A DNA stretch of 64,000 nucleotides from an uncultured delta proteobacterium (GCA_963845515.1 CAWJSR010000012.1:11503-75502); one strand, 5' to 3'; counted from the first letter of the stretch, positions 34,663 through 45,440 are shown. The notes: generated from the sequence alone by a model not told the origin. Translations and numbers: made by a program.

Positions 34663-37440
34663 ATGAGCGAACCCGTGACCGCGACCGTCCTCCCCGACTT
34701 CGTTCCCTTCAGGCGCGACGAGCAGATCCAGCTGCTGGCGCCGCTCACCGGAGACGTGAAGGCGGACTTCGCCGCCCAGCGCAAGGTCGTGGAGGAGTTC
34801 CACCGCTCCGGGGCGAGCGGCCACGCCGTGGTCAGGCTCCAGAGCTTCGCGATGGACCGCATCGTCCTGGTGGTCTGGGAGCGCGCGCTCGCCCACGCGG
34901 CCGGGCTGGGCTGCAAGCCGACGCCCGTCTCGCTGGTCGCGCTGGGCGGGTATGGGCGCAAGGAGCTCGCCCCCTGGTCGGATCTCGACATCCTCGTCCT
35001 CCACGGCGCCGGCGACCCGAGCCCGTACGTGCGGACGGCGAGCGAGAAGCTCGTCTATGCGCTCTGGGACCTCAAGCTCGAGGTCGGGTACGGCGTCAGG
35101 GACCTCGCCGCCTGCGACGCGCTCGCCGAGGAGGACCACCCGGCGCGCACGGCGCTGCTGGACCTGCGCTTCATGGCGGGAGACGCGGAGCTCTATCGGC
35201 AGCTGGAGCGGGAGCAGCTCCACGGGTTGTCTGAGGCGAAGGTCGACCGCTTCATCCACGACAAGCTGGCCGAGATCCGTGACCGCCGCGAGCGGTTCGG
35301 CGACTCCCTCTACCTGCTCGAGCCGAACATCAAGCAGTCCGAGGGCGGGCTGCGCGACCTCCAGTCGGCCCTCTGGCTGGCGCGCGTCAGGTTCAAGGTC
35401 GGTGGGATCACGGACCTGCTGACCAGGGCGGTCCTCCCAGACCGCGAGGTCCGTGAGATGCGGCGCGCGCGCGACTTCATCTGGCGGATCCGGAACGAGA
35501 TGCACTACCTCGCGCGCCGGAAGACCGATCAGCTCACCTTCGACCTCCAGCCGCTCGTCGCCGAGGGGATGGGGTACGTGGACGGGGAGGCGGGGAGCGG
35601 GGTCGAGCAGTTCATGCGCCACTACTACGTGGCGGCCAAGACCGTCCTCGTCGGGGTCGACGCCATCGTCGACCGCTGCCTGGAGCCCCAGGACGCCACC
35701 GGCTGGAGGACCGTGCCCCCACCGGCTGCCGCCATCGGCGCCGAGCGGACGGTCGTGATGCTGCGCGGGAAGCCTTCGCGCGAAGGTGAGCGGACGCTGG
35801 AGGGGGGCGAGTTCAAGGTCTTCCGCGGCAGGCTGACGGTCACCGGGTCCGACGTCCTACAGCGGTCCCCTGGCGCGCTCGTCCGGCTCTTCGCCACGGC
35901 CGACCGCGAGGCGCTCGACCTCTACCCGTACGCACGCGACCTCGCGGCCCACGTCGCCGTCGAGCTCCCCCCGACGGCTGCCGAGGATCCGGAGGTGAGC
36001 CAGGAGCTGCTCGCCTGCTTCAACCGACCGGGGACGCGCGGCAGGTTCCTCACCCGGATGCACGACCTGGGCGTGCTGCAGCGGCTGGTGCCGGAGTTCG
36101 CGGCCATCACGGCGCGGCGGCAGATCGACGTCTACCACGTGTACACGGTCGACGTTCACACGCTCAACGCCGTCCGCCGCCTCTTCGCGCTCCGCTGCGG
36201 GGACGTGAAGGAGGAACTGGTCACCGGGATCATGCAGCGGATGGAGCGCCCCCTGCCGCTCTACATAGGCACGCTCTTCCACGACGTCGGGAAGGGGAGC
36301 GGCAAGGAACACTCGGTCCGCGGCGCAGAGTTGGCGGGGCCGGCCAGCGTCCGGCTGGGGCTCGACGCGGCAGACGCCGCCGACATCGAGTGGCTCGTGA
36401 TGAAGCACCTGCGCATGGCGGCCATCGCCCAGCGGCGCGACCTGTCGGACCCCGACCTGATCCATGCCTTCGCCGAGGAGGTCGGGACGGTCGATCGCCT
36501 GGAGAAGCTCTACCTCCTCACCTACGCCGACATCTCGACCGTGGGCCCTGGGACGTGGAACGAGTGGAAGGCCCGGCTGCTGCGCGAGCTGTACCAGAAG
36601 ACCCGCGCGGTCCTCGCTGGCGGCGAGCGCCGCCCGGAGCCGGGGATGGCGGAGGCGGCAGGGCGCGCAGAGGCAGCGGCAGAGCTCCGCGGACGGGCCG
36701 CCGCCGCCGACATCGACCGGTTCGTCGCGGCCATGCCAGCCCGGTACTTCCTCACGGAGGCACCGGACCGGGCGCCGGTTCACCTCCGGATGCTCCGACG
36801 AGGACGGGCAGGAGCGGTGGCGACGTACCTCCGGTGCCGGCCCGTGCTCGGCCGCTGCGAGCTGACGCTCACGGCTCCAGACAGGCCCGGGCTGCTCGCC
36901 ACCATCGCGGGAGTCCTGGCTTCACATCGGATAGACATCCAGCGCGCCGAGGTCTTCTCCACTGCGCGGGACCCTGCGCTCGACTGGCTCCAGGGGCGCG
37001 CGCTCGACGTCTTCGACGTCCGGGGGCCCGAAGGAGGGGCCGTCGATCGGGACCGGTGGAAGGCCGCCCGCGCCGACCTGCGCAGGGTCCTCACCGGTGA
37101 GGAGGCTCTCGCCGAGTTGATGGGGCGCCGCCTCAGGGCCTCGGCCCTGCCGGCGAAGCCGCTCCCTGCCCTCAACACCAAGGTCGTCATCGACAACGTG
37201 AGCGCCCGAACGCACTCCGTCATCGACGTCTTCACGGCCGACCGGGTGGGATTGCTGCATACATTGGCGAAGACGCTCTTCGATCTGGGGCTAACCGTCG
37301 ACCTTGCCCGGATCTCGACCGAAGGACACCGGGCGCTCGATGCCTTCTATGTCCGGACCAAGGACGGGCAGCGGCTCGAAGGGGAGGCCGCGGGGAGGGT
37401 GGTCGAGGCGATTCAGCAGGCGCTGGCGCGCAGCAACTGA
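34663..37440 (+). CDS. glnD: [Protein-PII] uridylyltransferase
   Basis: ALGGYGRKELAPWSDLD, EPNIK..EGGLRD, YH.YTVD.H, HDVGKG, two ACT domains (DRPGLL, DRVGLL). Confidence 0.96.
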   Translation: MSEPVTATVLPDFVPFRRDEQIQLLAPLTGDVKADFAAQRKVVEEFHRSGASGHAVVRLQSFAMDRIVLVVWERALAHAAGLGCKPTPVSLVALGGYGRKELAPWSDLDILVLHGAGDPSPYVRTASEKLVYALWDLKLEVGYGVRDLAACDALAEEDHPARTALLDLRFMAGDAELYRQLEREQLHGLSEAKVDRFIHDKLAEIRDRRERFGDSLYLLEPNIKQSEGGLRDLQSALWLARVRFKVGGITDLLTRAVLPDREVREMRRARDFIWRIRNEMHYLARRKTDQLTFDLQPLVAEGMGYVDGEAGSGVEQFMRHYYVAAKTVLVGVDAIVDRCLEPQDATGWRTVPPPAAAIGAERTVVMLRGKPSREGERTLEGGEFKVFRGRLTVTGSDVLQRSPGALVRLFATADREALDLYPYARDLAAHVAVELPPTAAEDPEVSQELLACFNRPGTRGRFLTRMHDLGVLQRLVPEFAAITARRQIDVYHVYTVDVHTLNAVRRLFALRCGDVKEELVTGIMQRMERPLPLYIGTLFHDVGKGSGKEHSVRGAELAGPASVRLGLDAADAADIEWLVMKHLRMAAIAQRRDLSDPDLIHAFAEEVGTVDRLEKLYLLTYADISTVGPGTWNEWKARLLRELYQKTRAVLAGGERRPEPGMAEAAGRAEAAAELRGRAAAADIDRFVAAMPARYFLTEAPDRAPVHLRMLRRGRAGAVATYLRCRPVLGRCELTLTAPDRPGLLATIAGVLASHRIDIQRAEVFSTARDPALDWLQGRALDVFDVRGPEGGAVDRDRWKAARADLRRVLTGEEALAELMGRRLRASALPAKPLPALNTKVVIDNVSARTHSVIDVFTADRVGLLHTLAKTLFDLGLTVDLARISTEGHRALDAFYVRTKDGQRLEGEAAGRVVEAIQQALARSN

Positions 37441-37568
37441 CTCGCGCCGAGGTCGGCGTCTTGCATCAACCATCGACATTCACGGTGGTTTAGTGGCGCT
37501 ATCGGCCTACATTGACAGGCTAGCGGACGGTTGGTAAACGCTCGCTCCGGTAACCGGAAATACCAGCA

Positions 37569-38183
37569 ATGTCGGAAAACCGCGAAGAGATCGGTCGCCC
37601 TGGCCGCTTCCTGACGAGCGCAGAGGTAGCGGAGCTCGTTGGCGTCTCTGCGCGGACGGTCTCCAACTGGATCCGGGACGGCCACCTCAAGGCCTTCAGG
37701 ACGCCCGGGGGGCACAGCAGGGTCGCAGAGGAAGATCTCCAGGGGTTCCTTAAGGAGCGCGGGATACGCCCGCTCCCCGTCCCGGCCAATTCGCCGTCCG
37801 CTCGCGACGCCGCGTCGAAGCGGCCGCGCGTCCTCTTCATCGACGACGACGAGAACCTCCTCGACATCATCCGCGAGGTCCTGGAGGCGAACGGCTACGA
37901 GGTCCAGACCGCCCGTCACGGCTTCCTGGCTGGCTACCTCGTCGCCCACTTCCAGCCTCACGTGATCGTGCTCGACCTGATGATGCCCGGGCTGGACGGG
38001 TTCGAGGTCATGTCGCTCCTCCGGAAGCGGCCGGAGGCGCGCTCACTCCCCGTGGTGGCCTGCACCTCCTTGCGGGGGACAGAGGTGGAGGCGCGCGCGC
38101 GGGAGGCCGGCTTCGTCTCGTACCTCAAGAAGCCCCTGGACTTCCGCGGGCTCGTCGCCGTCCTCCGCGAGGTCATCGCCTGA
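37569..38183 (+). CDS. Response regulator with N-terminal excisionase-like HTH
   Basis: LTSAEVAELVGVS..TV..WI..G.L..FRTPGGH; REC motifs FIDDD, LDLMMP, KP; TTGACA at 37512. Confidence 0.9.
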   Translation: MSENREEIGRPGRFLTSAEVAELVGVSARTVSNWIRDGHLKAFRTPGGHSRVAEEDLQGFLKERGIRPLPVPANSPSARDAASKRPRVLFIDDDENLLDIIREVLEANGYEVQTARHGFLAGYLVAHFQPHVIVLDLMMPGLDGFEVMSLLRKRPEARSLPVVACTSLRGTEVEARAREAGFVSYLKKPLDFRGLVAVLREVIA

Positions 38184-38920
38184 GCCTCCCGCTCGCCAGC
38201 GAGGAGGCGCTGCTGGCTGCGCTCGAGCGCGCGCTGGAGGCTGGCGCCGCGAGCGCCAGCCCGGTCGGCGTCGTCACCATACGGGACGCCGGCGGAGGCG
38301 ACGAGGCCGTGCGGCTCGCCGCGGCATCGATGGACGCGCTGCCAGCCGGAGGCGCCGCGGGGCTCCTCTCCAGCGACCGGGTGGCCATCGTCCTCCCTGG
38401 CTTCGGGCCGGCCGCTGCTCGCGACGTGGCGCGGCGGCTCGCGGCCGCCTTCCCGCAGCTCCGGGTCGGCTCTTCTGCGTCCCTCCAGGACCGGCCCCCG
38501 CGCGGTCCGGCGGACCTGATCGCCGACGCGGAGCGCGCTGCCGATGCGCTGCGGCGGCGGATCCTGGTCGTCGAGGACGAGCCGATGCTCGCCCAGATCA
38601 TCCGGACCTTCCTGTCCGCGGTCGGCGGCTACGACGTCGTCGTCGCCCACTCGGGAGACGAGGCGCTGGCGAGCTGCGCCGAGGCGGAGCCGGCGCTCGT
38701 CATCCTGGACCTCGAGCTGCCCGACGTCGACGGCCCCGAGCTGCTCCGCCGGATCAGGCTCCTGGGAAGAGACGTGGCGGCCGTCGCGTGCAGCGGGAAG
38801 CGGCCCGAGTCGGCCGCGGGCGCCGGGTTCACCGCCTTCTTCCGGAAGCCGTTCGACATGCGCGCGCTGGTGGCCGAGGTCGAGAGGATCCTCACAACGC
38901 AAGCCCTTGGGGTCCCCTAG
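38180..38920 (+). CDS. Receiver-domain protein with N-terminal degenerate GGDEF-like region; start uncertain
   Basis: ILVVEDE, ILDLELPD, RKPF; frame open from CTG 38180. Confidence 0.75.
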   Translation: MSLPLASEEALLAALERALEAGAASASPVGVVTIRDAGGGDEAVRLAAASMDALPAGGAAGLLSSDRVAIVLPGFGPAAARDVARRLAAAFPQLRVGSSASLQDRPPRGPADLIADAERAADALRRRILVVEDEPMLAQIIRTFLSAVGGYDVVVAHSGDEALASCAEAEPALVILDLELPDVDGPELLRRIRLLGRDVAAVACSGKRPESAAGAGFTAFFRKPFDMRALVAEVERILTTQALGVP

Positions 38921-38945
38921 GAAAGCTGCTAAGTAGCCGGTCACC

Positions 38946-39569
38946 ATGTCGCTCGCCCCGATCCTGGAGATCGACCCCCGGCACCCGCAGCCTCGCACCA
39001 TCGAGCGCGCGGTCCAGCTGCTCGCCTCGGGCGGCCTGGTGGCCTTTCCGACGGACACCTACTACGGCATCGGCTGCGATCTCTTCGACAAGCGCGCCAT
39101 CGAGCGGATCTACCAGCTCAAGCGGCTGCCACGTGATCACGAGCTGTCGTTCATCTGCCAGGACCTGGCCGAGGTCGCGCAGTACGCGATGGTCGACAAC
39201 GCCGCCTACCGCGTCCTTCGCCGCAAGGTCCCCGGGCCCTACACGTTCATCCTCCCCGCGACACGGGTCGTGCCGGACCTCATGCTCCGGCGGCAGAAGA
39301 CGGTCGGCATTCGCGTCCCGGACGATCCGATCGCGCTGGAGATCGTCCGGAAGCTCGGCCACCCCATCGTCTCCACCTCGGCGGCCACGCCGGAGGGGGA
39401 GATCCTGATCGACGCCAAGGACATCAAGGATCGGCTCGGGCACGGGCTCGACCTGGTGCTCGACGGCGGCTACAAGCCGAACGAGGGCTCGTCGGTCGTC
39501 GACCTCTCGGGGCCCGAGCCCGTCGTGATCCGCGTCGGCAAGGGCGACGTCGGCGACCTGCTCGCCTGA
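38946..39569 (+). CDS. TsaC/Sua5/YciO-family protein
   Basis: VAFPTDTYYGIGC, IY.LK, PGPYTFIL, VGIRVPD, STSA. Confidence 0.92.
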   Translation: MSLAPILEIDPRHPQPRTIERAVQLLASGGLVAFPTDTYYGIGCDLFDKRAIERIYQLKRLPRDHELSFICQDLAEVAQYAMVDNAAYRVLRRKVPGPYTFILPATRVVPDLMLRRQKTVGIRVPDDPIALEIVRKLGHPIVSTSAATPEGEILIDAKDIKDRLGHGLDLVLDGGYKPNEGSSVVDLSGPEPVVIRVGKGDVGDLLA

Positions 39570-39619
39570 TCGCGCCCACGAAACTGGACGCCCCGGCGCC
39601 CGGCGATATCGTCGGGCCG

Positions 39620-40516
39620 ATGTCACCGCTCGAACCAGCCCTCGACCTCTTCCTCGCCCACATCCGGGTCGAGAAGGGGCTCGCCGACAACAGCGTCGAG
39701 GCCTACGGCCACGACCTTCGGCGCTACCTGGAGCAGCTGGCGGCGATGGGGATCGACCGCTGGGATCGGGTGGGGCGCCCCGAGATCCAGGCGCACCTCG
39801 GCGAGCTCCTGCGGCAGGGGATCTCCTCCCGCTCCCAGGCGCGCGCTCTCTCGGCGATCCGGCAGCTCCACAAGCTGCTGCTGCGCGAGCGGATCGCCTC
39901 CGCCGATCCGACGGACGAGATCGGCTCGCCCCGCCCTGGCAGGAAGCTGCCAGCGCCGCTCTCGCGGGCCGAGGTGGAGGGGCTCCTCGCCGCGATAGAC
40001 CCGCGCACCCCGGCCGGCGCGCGCGACCGGGCGATGGTCGAGCTCCTCTACGCCACCGGCCTGCGCGTCTCCGAGCTGGTAGGGCTGCGGCTCAACGACA
40101 TCGACCTCGAGGGGCGCGTCCTCCTCGCCCGCGGCAAGGGGAGCAAGGAGCGGATGGTCCCGATCGGCGCTCCCGCCGCGGAGGCGGTCAAGGGGTACCT
40201 CGCAGCCTCGCGGGAGCGACTGCTCAAGGGGCGGCGCTGCAGGGAGCTCTTCGTCACCCCCCGCGGGGCCCGGCTGACGCGACAGGGGTTCGCGAAGCTC
40301 CTCGGGCGTCACGCCCGGGCGGCGGGGATCGGCCGCCGGATCTCGCCGCACAAGCTCCGCCACAGCTTCGCGACCCACCTGTTGGAGGGGGGAGCGGACC
40401 TCCGCGCCGTCCAGGCGATGCTCGGCCACGCCGACATCTCCACGACGCAGGTCTACACACACGTCGACAGGACGCACGTCCGCAGGCTCCACGAGCGCTT
40501 TCACCCCCGCGCCTGA
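39620..40516 (+). CDS. xerD: Tyrosine recombinase XerD
   Basis: LYATGLRVSEL, GKGSKER, LTRQGF, SPHKLRHSFATHLL, LGHADISTTQVY, HPRA. Confidence 0.92.
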   Translation: MSPLEPALDLFLAHIRVEKGLADNSVEAYGHDLRRYLEQLAAMGIDRWDRVGRPEIQAHLGELLRQGISSRSQARALSAIRQLHKLLLRERIASADPTDEIGSPRPGRKLPAPLSRAEVEGLLAAIDPRTPAGARDRAMVELLYATGLRVSELVGLRLNDIDLEGRVLLARGKGSKERMVPIGAPAAEAVKGYLAASRERLLKGRRCRELFVTPRGARLTRQGFAKLLGRHARAAGIGRRISPHKLRHSFATHLLEGGADLRAVQAMLGHADISTTQVYTHVDRTHVRRLHERFHPRA

Positions 40517-40629
40517 CCTCGAAAAGTCGCCGTGGTTCCAGAGGGATCCGGCGGGTCGCACCCGCCGACGCCGCGCGTTGACCCCACGGGGCCGCGCTGC
40601 TACAAGGCATCCTTTCCAAAGGGGTTTTC

Positions 40630-41279
40630 GTGAACGGCATGGACCTGGTGGGGGCGGTGATCGGCCTCATCCCTGTGATCTTGTCGCTTTCGGTCCACGA
40701 GTTTGCACACGCGTGGACTGCGAGCCGACTCGGCGACGACACCGCCGCGCGAATGGGGAGGCTCACGCTCAACCCGATCGCCCACATCGATCCGTTCGGC
40801 ACGGTCATCCTCCCGCTGATCCTCGTCCTTCCAACGTCCCGGCGTTCGGCTGGGCGCGCCCGGTCCCGGTCGATCCCTCGCCGCTTCCGGCGCGACGTGT
40901 CCATGGGCCGAGGGCATGGCGCTCACCGCGAGCGCCGGCCCGATCTCCAACTCGCGCTGGCCATCGTCGCGACGCTCCTCCTCGGGCTCCTGGTCCGCGC
41001 ACGCACCGCGGGCACGACGATCGCAGGAAGCTCCTCATCGACGTCGTCCTGCTGAACGTCGTCCTCGCGCTCTTCAACCTCATCCCGCATCCCGCCGCTC
41101 GACGGCAGCCGCGTCAGTCGCGTGGCTCCTGCCGACACGGCTGCGCACGGCTGGCAGGCGGTCGAGCGCTTCGCCCCGATCCTCCTGATCGTCATCCTGC
41201 TGTTCGGTGGCCGCTCATCCGCGGCCCGGTCAACGCAGTCGTCGGCCTCCTCGAGCGGCTCCTGAACGCCATCGTCTGA
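40630..41279 (+). CDS. Site-2 protease (M50), several frameshifts
   Basis: HEFAH, GRLTLNP..HIDPFG, AGP.SN, FNLIP..PLDG. Confidence 0.88.
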
Positions 41280-41292
41280 GCGCCTCCACGCC

Positions 41293-42285
41293 ATGACGAA
41301 CTCCTCCCGCCCGATCGTCGTCTCTGGAATGCGCCCCACGGGGCGGCTGCACCTCGGTCACCTCCACGGCGCGCTCGCGAACTGGGTGAAGCTGCAGGAG
41401 GAGAACGACTGCTTCTTCTTCAGCGCCGACTGGCACGCGCTGACGACGAACTACCAGCAGACCGACACGCTGAAGCAGATGGAGCGCGAGATGTTCGTCG
41501 ACTTCATCGCCGCGGGGATCGACCCGCAGCGGTCGACGCTCTTCGTCCAGAGCCAGATCAAGGAGCACGCCGAGCTCTACCTCCTGCTCGGCATGATCAC
41601 GCCGCTCGGCTGGCTGGAGCGCTGCCCGTCGTACAAGGAGATGCGCGAGAACATCACGGATCGCGACCTCGCGCTGTACGGCTTCCTCGGCTACCCGGTC
41701 CTGATGACCGCGGACATCATCCTGTACAAGGCGACGAGGGTGCCGGTCGGCGCGGACCAGCTCGCGCACCTGGAGCTCAGCCGCGAGATCGCGCGCAAGT
41801 TCAACTTCCACTACGGCCCCGTCTTCCCCGAGCCGCAGCCGATGCTCACCGAGGCGGCGAAGGTCGTCGGGATCGACGGCCGCAAGATGTCGAAGAGCTA
41901 CGGCAACTCGATCGACCTCGGCGAGCCGTCCGACTCCACGACGAAGAAGATCATGGGGGCGGTGACGGATCCCGCGCGCAAGCGGCGCCAGGACCCGGGT
42001 AACCCGGAGGTCTGCGGCATCTTCTACCTGCACAAGATCTACAGCACCCCGGAGACCGTCGGCTGGGTCGACACCAACTGCCGCACCGCCGGGATCGGCT
42101 GCGTCGACTGCAAGAAGAAGCTGCTCGAGCGGCTCCTCCCGGAGCAGGAGATGATGCGCGAGCGGCGCGAGCGGCTGCTCGCCAGGCCGCAGGACGTCGA
42201 GGAGCTGGTGCAGCTCGGTAACTCCAAGGCCCGCGAGGCCGCGCAGCGGACCATGGAACAAGTCCGCGCGGCGATGAAGCTGTAG
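41293..42285 (+). CDS. trpS: Tryptophan--tRNA ligase
   Basis: SGMRPTG.LHLGH, VPVG.DQ..H, KMSKS. Confidence 0.97.
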   Translation: MTNSSRPIVVSGMRPTGRLHLGHLHGALANWVKLQEENDCFFFSADWHALTTNYQQTDTLKQMEREMFVDFIAAGIDPQRSTLFVQSQIKEHAELYLLLGMITPLGWLERCPSYKEMRENITDRDLALYGFLGYPVLMTADIILYKATRVPVGADQLAHLELSREIARKFNFHYGPVFPEPQPMLTEAAKVVGIDGRKMSKSYGNSIDLGEPSDSTTKKIMGAVTDPARKRRQDPGNPEVCGIFYLHKIYSTPETVGWVDTNCRTAGIGCVDCKKKLLERLLPEQEMMRERRERLLARPQDVEELVQLGNSKAREAAQRTMEQVRAAMKL

Positions 42286-42307
42286 CCGCACCCGGACCGG
42301 CTGGTGG

Positions 42308-43198
42308 ATGGTCGAGCGAGGTGACGAGACGGCCCGCGAGGCCGATGGCGCTGGCCCGGAGCCCCGGGAGCAGCCAGCGCCTTTCCGCGTCGCGCTGCCG
42401 CCCTTCCGCGCCGGGGAGCCGCCGTTCGAGGGGCCGCTCGACCTCCTGCTCCACCTGGTGAAGGAACACCAGGTCGAGATCTTCGACATCCCGATCGCCC
42501 GGATCACCGAGAGCTACCTCGAGACGCTGCAGGCGCTCCAGGACCTGGACATCGACGTCGCGGGCGAGTTCCTGTCGATGGCGGCCCAGCTGATGTTGAT
42601 GAAGTCGCGGCTGCTGCTGCCGCGCACCGAGGTGGCGGAGGACGCGCCCTCGCCGGAGGATCAGGGGGTCGATCCACGGGCCGAGCTGGTCCGGCGGCTC
42701 CTCGAGTACCAGAAGTACAAGGCGGCCGCGGAGGAGCTGGGCGATCGCGACATCCTCGACCGGACGGTCTTCGTCCGGCGCGTCCGGCCGGAGCGGCTCT
42801 CGTCGGCGGACGGCCCGGAGGGGCTGGCCGACGTCTCGGTCTTCAAGCTGATCGAGGCGCTCGATCGGGCGCTCGCGAACGCGGCCCCGGAGAAGGCGCA
42901 CGAGGTCCTGACCGACAGGCTCACGATCAACGACGCCATCAGCCGCGTCGCCGAGGTGCTCAGGCTCCAGCGACGCGCCACCTTCGATGAGCTGCTGGCC
43001 GGCCCCTCCGAGCGGCGCAACACCCGGGCGGACGTCATCGCCACCTTCCTCGCGATCCTCGAGATGACCAAGCTCAAGCTCATCCGCATCTACCAGGCAT
43101 CCGTCGACGAGGCCGGCCCGGGCGGCGAGATCATCGTCGAGGCGCGCGACACGCTCGGCGACGACGTCCCGCCCGGCGACACGGAGGAATACCGATGA
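42308..43198 (+). CDS. scpA: Segregation and condensation protein A
   Basis: FEGPLDLLLHL, EFL.MAA, KSRLLLP, TFLAILE. Confidence 0.95.
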   Translation: MVERGDETAREADGAGPEPREQPAPFRVALPPFRAGEPPFEGPLDLLLHLVKEHQVEIFDIPIARITESYLETLQALQDLDIDVAGEFLSMAAQLMLMKSRLLLPRTEVAEDAPSPEDQGVDPRAELVRRLLEYQKYKAAAEELGDRDILDRTVFVRRVRPERLSSADGPEGLADVSVFKLIEALDRALANAAPEKAHEVLTDRLTINDAISRVAEVLRLQRRATFDELLAGPSERRNTRADVIATFLAILEMTKLKLIRIYQASVDEAGPGGEIIVEARDTLGDDVPPGDTEEYR

Positions 43199-44157
43199 GC
43201 GACAAGCCGATGGAGCCCGGGGCCGAGCCGCAGCCGGGCGCGGCGCCAGGGGTCTCCGAGGACGAGCTCCGCACGCTGCAGCAGGCGGAGGAGGCGAAGG
43301 GGGACCCCGACCTGGACGAGGTCGAGACCGCCCAGATCGACGTCGCCGACGAGAAGGAGGAGCCCTTCGAGAAGCTGCAGGCCTCCGCCCGCCGCCTCTC
43401 GCCGGAGCGGGTCCGGACGATCGTCGAGACGCTCCTGTTCGTCGCCGAGCGGCCGCTCTCCGTGCTGGAGATCCGGCAGGCCACCGGCGTCGACGAGGAG
43501 CGGCTCGCCAAGGCGCTCGACCAGCTCTCCGGCCACTACCGGGAGGGGATCTGCGGCATCGTCCTGCACGAGGTCGCAGGCGGCTGGCAGCTCCGGACGT
43601 CGCCGCTCAACTCGGACTCTGCCCGCCGGTTCCTGCGGATCAAGCCCCAGCGGCTCACCCGCGCGGCGCTCGAGACCCTGGCGATCATCGCCTACCGGCA
43701 GCCCGTGACGCGCCCCGAGATCGAGGAGATCCGGGCGGTCGACTGCGGCGCCGTCGTGAAGGCCCTGCTCGAGCGGAAGCTCATCAAGATCCTGGGCAAG
43801 AAGGAGGAGCCAGGCCGTCCGATCCTCTACGGGACCAGCCGCGAGTTCCTCGAGTTCTTCGCCTTGAAGGATCTCGCCTCGCTCCCGACGCTGCGCGAGT
43901 TCCACGAGCTGTCCCGGGAGAACAGGGACATCGTGGAGAAGGAGACTGCGCCTCCGCCCAACGTCCAGGGGTTGGTCGAGGAGCTCTCCGATCCGGCGCT
44001 GCAGGCGGCGCTGGAGGCCTCCCGCGCGCAGAGCGACGCGGCGCTGGACGAGCTGGAGAAGGCGATGGAGCTGGCGGAGGAGAAGGGGCGGGCGGCGTCC
44101 GCGGCGCTGGAGAGCGCGCGGACGCCAGTCGAGCCGGACGATGGGACGGTGGGGTGA
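43195..44157 (+). CDS. scpB: Segregation and condensation protein B
   Basis: LETLAIIAYRQPVTR.EI..IR.V, GRPILYGT..FL..F. Confidence 0.95.
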   Translation: MSDKPMEPGAEPQPGAAPGVSEDELRTLQQAEEAKGDPDLDEVETAQIDVADEKEEPFEKLQASARRLSPERVRTIVETLLFVAERPLSVLEIRQATGVDEERLAKALDQLSGHYREGICGIVLHEVAGGWQLRTSPLNSDSARRFLRIKPQRLTRAALETLAIIAYRQPVTRPEIEEIRAVDCGAVVKALLERKLIKILGKKEEPGRPILYGTSREFLEFFALKDLASLPTLREFHELSRENRDIVEKETAPPPNVQGLVEELSDPALQAALEASRAQSDAALDELEKAMELAEEKGRAASAALESARTPVEPDDGTVG

Positions 44158-44159
44158 CC

Positions 44160-45440
44160 ATGGTGACTCTCGAACGGCTGCAGAAGTACCTCGCCGCAGC
44201 AGGCGTGACGTCGCGCCGCCGGGCGGAGGAGCTGATCGTCGCTGGGCGCGTGGTGGTGAACGGCAAGATCGTCCGCGAGCTGGGGAGCAAGATCGATCCG
44301 GAGACCGACCTCGTCGTGGTCGACGGCAAGCCGGTCCTCCGCAACGACACGCGCGCCTATTACCTGCTCTACAAGCCCTCGGGCTGCGTCACGACCGCGT
44401 CGGATCCGCAGGGGCGCCCGAAGGCCATCGACTACCTCCGCGGCATCCACGAGCGCGTCTTCGCCGTCGGCAGGCTCGACTACGACGCCGAGGGGGCGAT
44501 CCTCTTCACCGACGACGGCGAGCTGGCGAACCGGCTGGCGCACCCGCGCTACGGGCACGCGCGCACGTACCTCGCCAAGATCAGGGGCGAGCCGAGCGAG
44601 GCCGCCATGGATCGGATGAAGGCGGGCGTCCGGCTCGAGGACGGCCCGGCCAAGGCGCTGGAGGTCGCCGTCCACGAGAAGACCGAGAAGAACACGTGGA
44701 TACGGATCGTGGTCGGGGAGGGGAGGTTCCACCTCGTGAAGCGGCTCTGCGAGGCGGTCGGGCTCCAGATCCAGCGGCTCTACCGGCCCGAGTTCGGCGG
44801 CGTCACGGTGGAGGGGCTGCGCGCCGGAGAGTTCCGCGCGCTCACGCCGAACGAGGTGAAGGCGATGAAGGCGCTCGTCGGCCTCGTCGCCGCCGGCAAG
44901 GAGATCCCCGCGCGGCCGCTCGGGAAGCTCCCACGAGCCGCGCGCCGACACGGCCACGGCCCGCCGTCCACGGACCCTGACGCCGCGCCCTACGTCAGGC
45001 CACCCGCGCCCGACGAGCAGGACGAGGGACCCGGCGCTGCTGCGTCTGCGCCGCGAGACGAGGCCGGGCAGGACGTCCTTCCCAAGCGCACGCCTCCGAG
45101 GAAGCTACGGGATGGCCGCGACAACCGGTTCAGCCGCGCGCCGGTGAAGAAGAAGGCCCCGGCCGGCCGCGAAGACCGCCCCGGAGGCTCGCCGGATCAG
45201 CGAGGCCCGGCCAGGAGGGACGACCGCACCGGACGTTCGCCGTCGTCCCAGAGATCTTCGTCCGGGCGGAGCGAACGGTCCGCTGGGGCGCAGCCAACCA
45301 GGAAGGCCCCGGCCGGCCGCCACGACGACCGCACAGGCCGCTCGCCGCCGAGGAAGGGCCCTCCGGGAGGGCGCGAGGAACGCCCCGGCAGCCCTGCGCG
45401 CGGTGGCGGGCCCAGGCGCGGCCCGCGCGGAAGAGGGTGA
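44160..45440 (+). CDS. rluB: rRNA pseudouridine synthase (RluB family) with long basic tail
   Basis: ERLQKYLA..GV.SRR.AE, GRLDYD, EGR.H.VKR. Confidence 0.88.
   Translation: MVTLERLQKYLAAAGVTSRRRAEELIVAGRVVVNGKIVRELGSKIDPETDLVVVDGKPVLRNDTRAYYLLYKPSGCVTTASDPQGRPKAIDYLRGIHERVFAVGRLDYDAEGAILFTDDGELANRLAHPRYGHARTYLAKIRGEPSEAAMDRMKAGVRLEDGPAKALEVAVHEKTEKNTWIRIVVGEGRFHLVKRLCEAVGLQIQRLYRPEFGGVTVEGLRAGEFRALTPNEVKAMKALVGLVAAGKEIPARPLGKLPRAARRHGHGPPSTDPDAAPYVRPPAPDEQDEGPGAAASAPRDEAGQDVLPKRTPPRKLRDGRDNRFSRAPVKKKAPAGREDRPGGSPDQRGPARRDDRTGRSPSSQRSSSGRSERSAGAQPTRKAPAGRHDDRTGRSPPRKGPPGGREERPGSPARGGGPRRGPRGRG

Noticed and set aside
39620..40516. Phage or island integrase
   Set aside because: Length, LTRQG motif and housekeeping context identify it as chromosomal XerD.
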